DNA of 64,000 nucleotides from Eledone cirrhosa (lineage: Eukaryota), in NCBI GenBank assembly GCA_964016885.1, contig OZ024759.1:7068001-7132000 (forward strand), given 5' to 3'. The translations under genes and the position numbers were made by a program. The notes under the pieces were generated by a model. The model was not told where the DNA came from. It was given only the letters and a program-made list of their open reading frames with translations, and did no database searches. Positions within the stretch are counted from its first letter, which is position 1, and every line of letters begins with the position of its first letter. Below, piece by piece: positions 56,475 to 64,000 of this stretch.

Positions 56475-57163
56475 AGAAGTAAAATAAAATGAAGCTGAAG
56501 ATAACAATAGACTGCCTAATCCATGAACAGAAACTATGACCAGAGCCAACCTTGTCACACTTCACTGTGTCATGCTGAATCTCCCTGAGAATTACACTAA
56601 CGACTCCCACATCGAAGTTCTTGTTTGCCTGTTTTATTAATTTAGGGGACAACCTCCCCCCTCCTCCCACCTCGTGTTCATTTTTCTGTTCATTTTTCGT
56701 GTTCACCTTTAGCATTTAAACCGGCTGTATCTGGTCAGAATTATATCACTTCTTTCTTTTAAAACCCGCTGTAACCGGCTCCTCATACTGATGTTAAAGT
56801 ATTGTTCTGGTACATCTCCCTCACCATCTTCCGAGGAAACAGCTTCTCTATTCTGTCCGCTGGAGCTATGGGCGGCCAGCATGTGGGACTCCATTAGCTC
56901 ATAATAGTGAGAGATGGGGAGAGAGAGAGAGACGGAAGCGATGACAGTGAGAGTTTGGCTCCTCTGTGTTCGTACCTGGTGTATATGCTTACTTCTATTC
57001 ATTCGATATTATGTGAGGTAAAGCTTTTACCATGAAAATACAATAGTATATATAGAGTAATGTAAATGCTAAAGGGTTAATTTAGGGGACAACCTGCACC
57101 CCACCCCTATCCATGTTTTTCTGTTTTCTTGATTTTTTTTGATTTTTTTTTTTCTTGCTACAG

Positions 57164-57368
57164 GCCAATGGTTGGTAGAGTGTCGGACTACAATCCATTT
57201 TAAAGAAGGCATGAGGGCCTTTTACAACGTCAAACGCTGCTCTTCAATAATACTCAAGAACAAAAAGATAGACCGTCGTTATTTCGTGGCAGCTGAAGAG
57301 GTGGAATGGGATCATGCTCCGAAAAAGAGAAGTATCGTTACTGGTAACGACTTGAACAATGAATCAGA
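57164..57368 (+). CDS. Duplicate of multicopper oxidase exon H
   Basis: Same translation and splice sites as 42045-42249. Confidence 0.7.
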
Positions 57369-58098
57369 GTGAGTACCTGTCATACATGTGGGTAGGTAGG
57401 TAGGTAGGTAGGTGTGTGTGTCTGCCTGCGTATGTGTGTATGTGATTGCCTGTCTTAGTCTGAGGTTCTTCCACACCTTTCAGCCCATCAAGAAGTCACA
57501 ATCACGTCCTTGCCAAGTGATGTTGGCTGCCATCAGGTCTTTTGGGAACGTTTGTTGCCAGGTGATCCAGGGGCAACCCCACCTCCGTTTGTTGCCAGGT
57601 GATCCTGGGGCAACCCTGACTCAGTTTGCCACCAGGTGGAGTCCAGTTCTTTGCTGTTTTCGAGTGTCGTTCATTGGACAGGTGCAGAATATGGCCAGCC
57701 AGGTGGCACCAGCGCTCCATAACCATACACACATACGCAACCTGCCTGTGTATGTGCATGTGTGTGTGCCTGCCTGTGTGTGTCTGTGAATGTATATATC
57801 TCTATGTATGTGTGTATATGTGCCTGTCTGCTGATGTTACACAATCCTCTGCCTGCTGCAGTTGTAATAATGCACTATTGGGTTTCTAGGGCATTTTTTT
57901 TTAAACCTGGAGGAGCCCATCTCCTCCTCTCCGCGTCTGAGTACAACAGATTCCTTCCAGAGAAGGATAGAGGGTGAAAGAAAGGAAATGATAAATAGAT
58001 GTAGAGGAAGAATTGACCCCAGTACTTGACTGCTACTTTTTTTAATTGACCTCGAATGGATTAAAGGCAAAGTTGACTTCAGCAGGATTTGATAGAAG

Positions 58099-61000
58099 AC
58101 AGAAGAGAGATGAAACAAACACCACAAGGTATTCTATCACAGAGGAGAGATGAAACAAACACCACAAGGTATTCTATCACAGAGGAGAGATGAAACAAAC
58201 ACCACAAGGTATTCTATCACAGAAGAGAGATGAAACAAACACCACAAGGTATTCTATCACAGAGGAGAGATGAAACAAACACCACAAGGTATTCTATCAC
58301 AGAGGAGAGATGAAACAAACACCACAAGGTATTCTATCACAGAGGAGAGATGAAACAAACACCACAAGGTATTCTATCACAGAAGAGAGATGAAACAAAC
58401 ACCACAAGGTATTCTATCACAGAGGAGAGATGAAACAAACACCATAAGGTATTCTATCACAGAAGAGAGATGAAACAAACACCACAAGGTATTCTATCAC
58501 AGAAGAGAGATGAAACAAACACCACAAGGTATTCTATCACAGAGGAGAGATGAAACAAACACCACAAGGTATTCTATCACAGAAGAGAGATGAAACAAAC
58601 ACCACAAGGTATTCTATCACAGAAGAGAGATGAAACAAACACCACAAGGTATTCTATCACAGAGGAGAGATGAAACAAACACCACAAGGTATTCTATCAC
58701 AAAAGAGAGATGAAACAAACACCACAAGGTATTCTATCACAGAGGAGAGATGAAACAAACACCACAAGGTATTCTATCACAGAAGAGAGATGAAACAAAC
58801 ACCACAAGGTATTCTATCACAGAGGAGAGATGAAACAAACACCACAAGGTATTCTATCACAGAGGAGAGATGAAACAAACACCACAAGGTATTCTATCAC
58901 AGAGGAGAGATGAAACAAACACCACAAGGTATTCTATCACAGAGGAGAGATGAAACAAACACCACAAGGTATTCTATCACAGAGGAGAGATGAAACAAAC
59001 ACCACAAGGTATTCTATCACAGAGGAGAGATGAAACAAACACCACAAGGTATTCTATCACAGAGGAGAGATGAAACAAACACCACAAGGTATTCTATCAC
59101 AGAGGAGAGATGAAACAAACACCACAAGGTATTCTATCACAGAGGAGAGATGAAACAAACACCACAAGGTATTCTATCACAGAGGAGAGATGAAACAAAC
59201 ACCACAAGGTATTCTATCACAGAAGAGAGATGAAACAAACACCACAAGGTATTCTATCACAGAAGAGAGATGAAACAAACACCACAAGGTATTCTATCAC
59301 AAAAGAGAGATGAAACAAACACCACAAGGTATTCTATCACAGAAGAGAGATGAAACAAACACCACAAGGTATTCTATCACAAAAGAGAGATGAAACAAAC
59401 ACCACAAGGTATTCTATCACAAAAGAGAGATGAAACAAACACCACAAGGTATTCTATCACAGAAGAGAGATGAAACAAACACCACAAGGTATTCTATCAC
59501 AAAAGAGAGATGAAACAAACACCACAAGGTATTCTATCACAAAAGAGAGATGAAACAAACACCACAAGGTATTCTATCACAAAAGAGAGATGAAACAAAC
59601 ACCACAAGGTATTCTATCACAAAAGAGAGATGAAACAAACACCACAAGGTATTCTATCACAGAAGAGAGATGAAACAAACACCACAAGGTATTCTATCAC
59701 AAAAGAGAGATGAAACAAACACCACAAGGTATTCTATCACAGAAGAGAGATGAAACAAACACCACAAGGTATTCTATCACAAAAGAGAGATGAAACAAAC
59801 ACCACAAGGTATTCTATCACAAAAGAGAGATGAAACAAACACCACAAGGTATTCTATCACAAAAGAGAGATGAAACAAACACCACAAGGTATTCTATCAC
59901 AAAAGAGAGATGAAACAAACACCACAAGGTATTCTATCACAGAAGAGAGATGAAACAAACACCACAAGGTATTCTATCACAAAAGAGAGATGAAACAAAC
60001 ACCACAAGGTATTCTATCACAGAAGAGAGATGAAACAAACACCACAAGGTATTCTATCACAGAAGAGAGATGAAACAAACACCACAAGGTATTCTATCAC
60101 AGAAGAGAGATGAAACAAACACCACAAGGTATTCTATCACAAAAGAGAGATGAAACAAACACCACAAGGTATTCTATCACAAAAGAGAGATGAAACAAAC
60201 ACCACAAGGTATTCTATCACAAAAGAGAGATGAAACAAACACCACAAGGTATTCTATCACAGAAGAGAGATGAAACAAACACCACAAGGTATTCTATCAC
60301 AAAAGAGAGATGAAACAAACACCACAAGGTATTCTATCACAGAAGAGAGATGAAACAAACACCACAAGGTATTCTATCACAAAAGAGAGATGAAACAAAC
60401 ACCACAAGGTATTCTATCACAAAAGAGAGATGAAACAAACACCACAAGGTATTCTATCACAAAAGAGAGATGAAACAAACACCACAAGGTATTCTATCAC
60501 AAAAGAGAGATGAAACAAACACCACAAGGTATTCTATCACAAAAGAGAGATGAAACAAACACCACAAGGTATTCTATCACAGAAGAGAGATGAAACAAAC
60601 ACCACAAGGTATTCTATCACAAAAGAGAGATGAAACAAACACCACAAGGTATTCTATCACAGAAGAGAGATGAAACAAACACCACAAGGTATTCTATCAC
60701 AAAAGAGAGATGAAACAAACACCACAAGGTATTCTATCACAGAAGAGAGATGAAACAAACACCACAAGGTATTCTATCACAAAAGAGAGATGAAACAAAC
60801 ACCACAAGGTATTCTATCACAGAAGAGAGATGAAACAAACACCACAAGGTATTCTATCACAAAAGAGAGATGAAACAAACACCACAAGGTATTCTATCAC
60901 AGAAGAGAGATGAAACAAACACCACAAGGTATTCTATCACAAAAGAGAGATGAAACAAACACCACAAGGTATTCTATCACAGAAGAGAGATGAAACAAAC

Positions 61001-63658
61001 ACCACAAGGTATTCTATCACAAAAGAGAGATGAAACAAACACCACAAGGTATTCTATCACAGAAGAGAGATGAAACAAACACCACAAGGTATTCTATCAC
61101 AAAAGAGAGATGAAACAAACACCACAAGGTATTCTATCACAGAAGAGAGATGAAACAAACACCACAAGGTATTCTATCACAAAAGAGAGATGAAACAAAC
61201 ACCACAAGGTATTCTATCACAGAAGAGAGATGAAACAAACACCACAAGGTATTCTATCACAGAAGAGAGATGAAACAAACACCACAAGGTATTCTATCAC
61301 AAAAGAGAGATGAAACAAACACCACAAGGTATTCTATCACAAAAGAGAGATGAAACAAACACCACAAGGTATTCTATCACAAAAGAGAGATGAAACAAAC
61401 ACCACAAGGTATTCTATCACAGAAGAGAGATGAAACAAACACCACAAGGTATTCTATCACAGAAGAGAGATGAAACAAACACCACAAGGTATTCTATCAC
61501 AAAAGAGAGATGAAACAAACACCACAAGGTATTCTATCACAAAAGAGAGATGAAACAAACACCACAAGGTATTCTATCACAGAAGAGAGATGAAACAAAC
61601 ACCACAAGGTATTCTATCACAGAAGAGAGATGAAACAAACACCACAAGGTATTCTATCACAGAGGAGAGATGAAACAAACACCACAAGGTATTCTATCAC
61701 AAAAGAGAGATGAAACAAACACCACAAGGTATTCTATCACAGAAGAGAGATGAAACAAACACCACAAGGTATTCTATCACAGAAGAGAGATGAAACAAAC
61801 ACCACAAGGTATTCTATCACAAAAGAGAGATGAAACAAACACCACAAGGTATTCTATCACAGAAGAGAGATGAAACAAACACCACAAGGTATTCTATCAC
61901 AGAAGAGAGATGAAACAAACACCACAAGGTATTCTATCACAGAGGAGAGATGAAACAAACACCACAAGGTATTCTATCACAGAAGAGAGATGAAACAAAC
62001 ACCACAAGGTATTCTATCACAGAAGAGAGATGAAACAAACACCACAAGGTATTCTATCACAGAAGAGAGATGAAACAAACACCACAAGGTATTCTATCAC
62101 AGAAGAGAGATGAAACAAACACCACAAGGTATTCTATCACAGAGGAGAGATGAAACAAACACCACAAGGTATTCTATCACAGAAGAGAGATGAAACAAAC
62201 ACCACAAGGTATTCTATCACAGAGGAGAGATGAAACAAACACCACAAGGTATTCTATCACAGAAGAGAGATGAAACAAACACCACAAGGTATTCTATCAC
62301 AGAGGAGAGATGAAACAAACACCACAAGGTATTCTATCACAGAGGAGAGATGAAACAAACACCACAAGGTATTCTATCACAAAAGAGAGATGAAACAAAC
62401 ACCACAAGGTATTCTATCACAAAAGAGAGATGAAACAAACACCACAAGGTATTCTATCACAAAAGAGAGATGAAACAAACACCACAAGGTATTCTATCAC
62501 AGAAGAGAGATGAAACAAACACCACAAGGTATTCTATCACAGAGGAGAGATGAAACAAACACCACAAGGTATTCTATCACAAAAGAGAGATGAAACAAAC
62601 ACCACAAGGTATTCTATCACAAAAGAGAGATGAAACAAACACCACAAGGTATTCTATCACAGAAGAGAGATGAAACAAACACCACAAGGTATTCTATCAC
62701 AGAAGAGAGATGAAACAAACACCACAAGGTATTCTATCACAGAGGAGAGATGAAACAAACACCACAAGGTATTCTATCACAGAAGAGAGATGAAACAAAC
62801 ACCACAAGGTATTCTATCACAAAAGAGAGATGAAACAAACACCACAAGGTATTCTATCACAGAAGAGAGATGAAACAAACACCACAAGGTATTCTATCAC
62901 AGAAGAGAGATGAAACAAACACCACAAGGTATTCTATCACAAAAGAGAGATGAAACAAACACCACAAGGTATTCTATCACAGAAGAGAGATGAAACAAAC
63001 ACCACAAGGTATTCTATCACAGAAGAGAGATGAAACAAACACCACAAGGTATTCTATCACAAAAGAGAGATGAAACAAACACCACAAGGTATTCTATCAC
63101 AGAAGAGAGATGAAACAAACACCACAAGGTATTCTATCACAGAAGAGAGATGAAACAAACACCACAAGGTATTCTATCACAGAGGAGAGATGAAACAAAC
63201 ACCACAAGGTATTCTATCACAGAAGAGAGATGAAACAAACACCACAAGGTATTCTATCACAGAAGAGAGATGAAACAAACACCACAAGGTATTCTATCAC
63301 AGAAGAGAGATGAAACAAACACCACAAGGTATTCTATCACAGAAGAGAGATGAAACAAACACCACAAGGTATTCTATCACAGAGGAGAGATGAAACAAAC
63401 ACCACAAGGTATTCTATCACAGAAGAGAGATGAAACAAACACCACAAGGTATTCTATCACAGAGGAGAGATGAAACAAACACCACAAGGTATTCTATCAC
63501 AGAAGAGAGATGAAACAAACACCACAAGGTATTCTATCACAGAAGAGAGATGAAACAAACACCACAAGGTATTCTATCACAGAGGAGAGATGAAACAAAC
63601 ACCACAAGGTATTCTATCACAGAGGAGAGATGAAACAAACACCACAAGGTATTCTATC
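58099..63658. repeat. 40-bp satellite, second copy, 139 units
   Basis: 5560 bp = 139 x 40, with the same SINE flanks as 42984-50582. Confidence 0.97.
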
Positions 63659-64000
63659 CAACGTTCTAACGACTCTGCCAATTCGCCAACTATATATATA
63701 GTATTAAAAAAAAAAGGATAAAGATCCCTTAACTCCTTGTGGAGTGGTAGAGGCCCTGTCATATGGCCTGTCTAGGGCACTTTTAAACCTGGTGGAGCCC
63801 AACCCTCTCCAGGTCTGAACACAGCTGATTTTTTCTATAGAGGAAGAGTCAACCCCAGTACTTCACTGGTACTTTTTTTATCAACCTTGAAAGGATGAAA
63901 GGCAAAGTTGACCCTGGCGGGACTTGAACTCAGAGAGCACAATGAAGGTGGACAAATACCGTAAAGCATTCTATCAGACATCTTAACAACTCGCTGCCTA

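Noticed and set aside
55825-57368. Functional domain duplication in the oxidase
   Set aside because: Splice phases are incompatible (immediate TAA), the exons are identical and the copy abuts an assembly gap

Overview
Repeat-dense eukaryotic DNA; the SINE families and (TA)n/(TG)n load suggest an octopus or other cephalopod, which is an inference. The only host gene is a + strand ceruloplasmin/hephaestin-family multicopper oxidase. Eight phase-compatible GT-AG internal exons (230-42249, 1681 nt, ~560 aa) cover cupredoxin domains 2-4 and the start of domain 5; both ends of the gene lie outside the window. Exons 7-8 and their flanks recur after a 200-N gap (55316-64000), most likely as an uncollapsed second haplotype. 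The introns hold tRNA-SINEs, CORE-SINEs, fragments of RTE, R4/Dong, CRE-like and Tx1-like LINEs, Penelope GIY-YIG fragments, a pogo remnant, MITE/foldback elements and large tandem arrays. Highlights: (1) five distinct type I hammerhead ribozyme motifs, plus one duplicate, with self-complementary stem III inside non-coding Penelope-like elements, two of them in the sense of the host pre-mRNA; (2) the three largest satellites (17, 48 and 40 bp units) each expanded from inside an identifiable transposon; (3) repeated inversions centred on (TA)n; (4) structural differences between the two haplotype-like copies.
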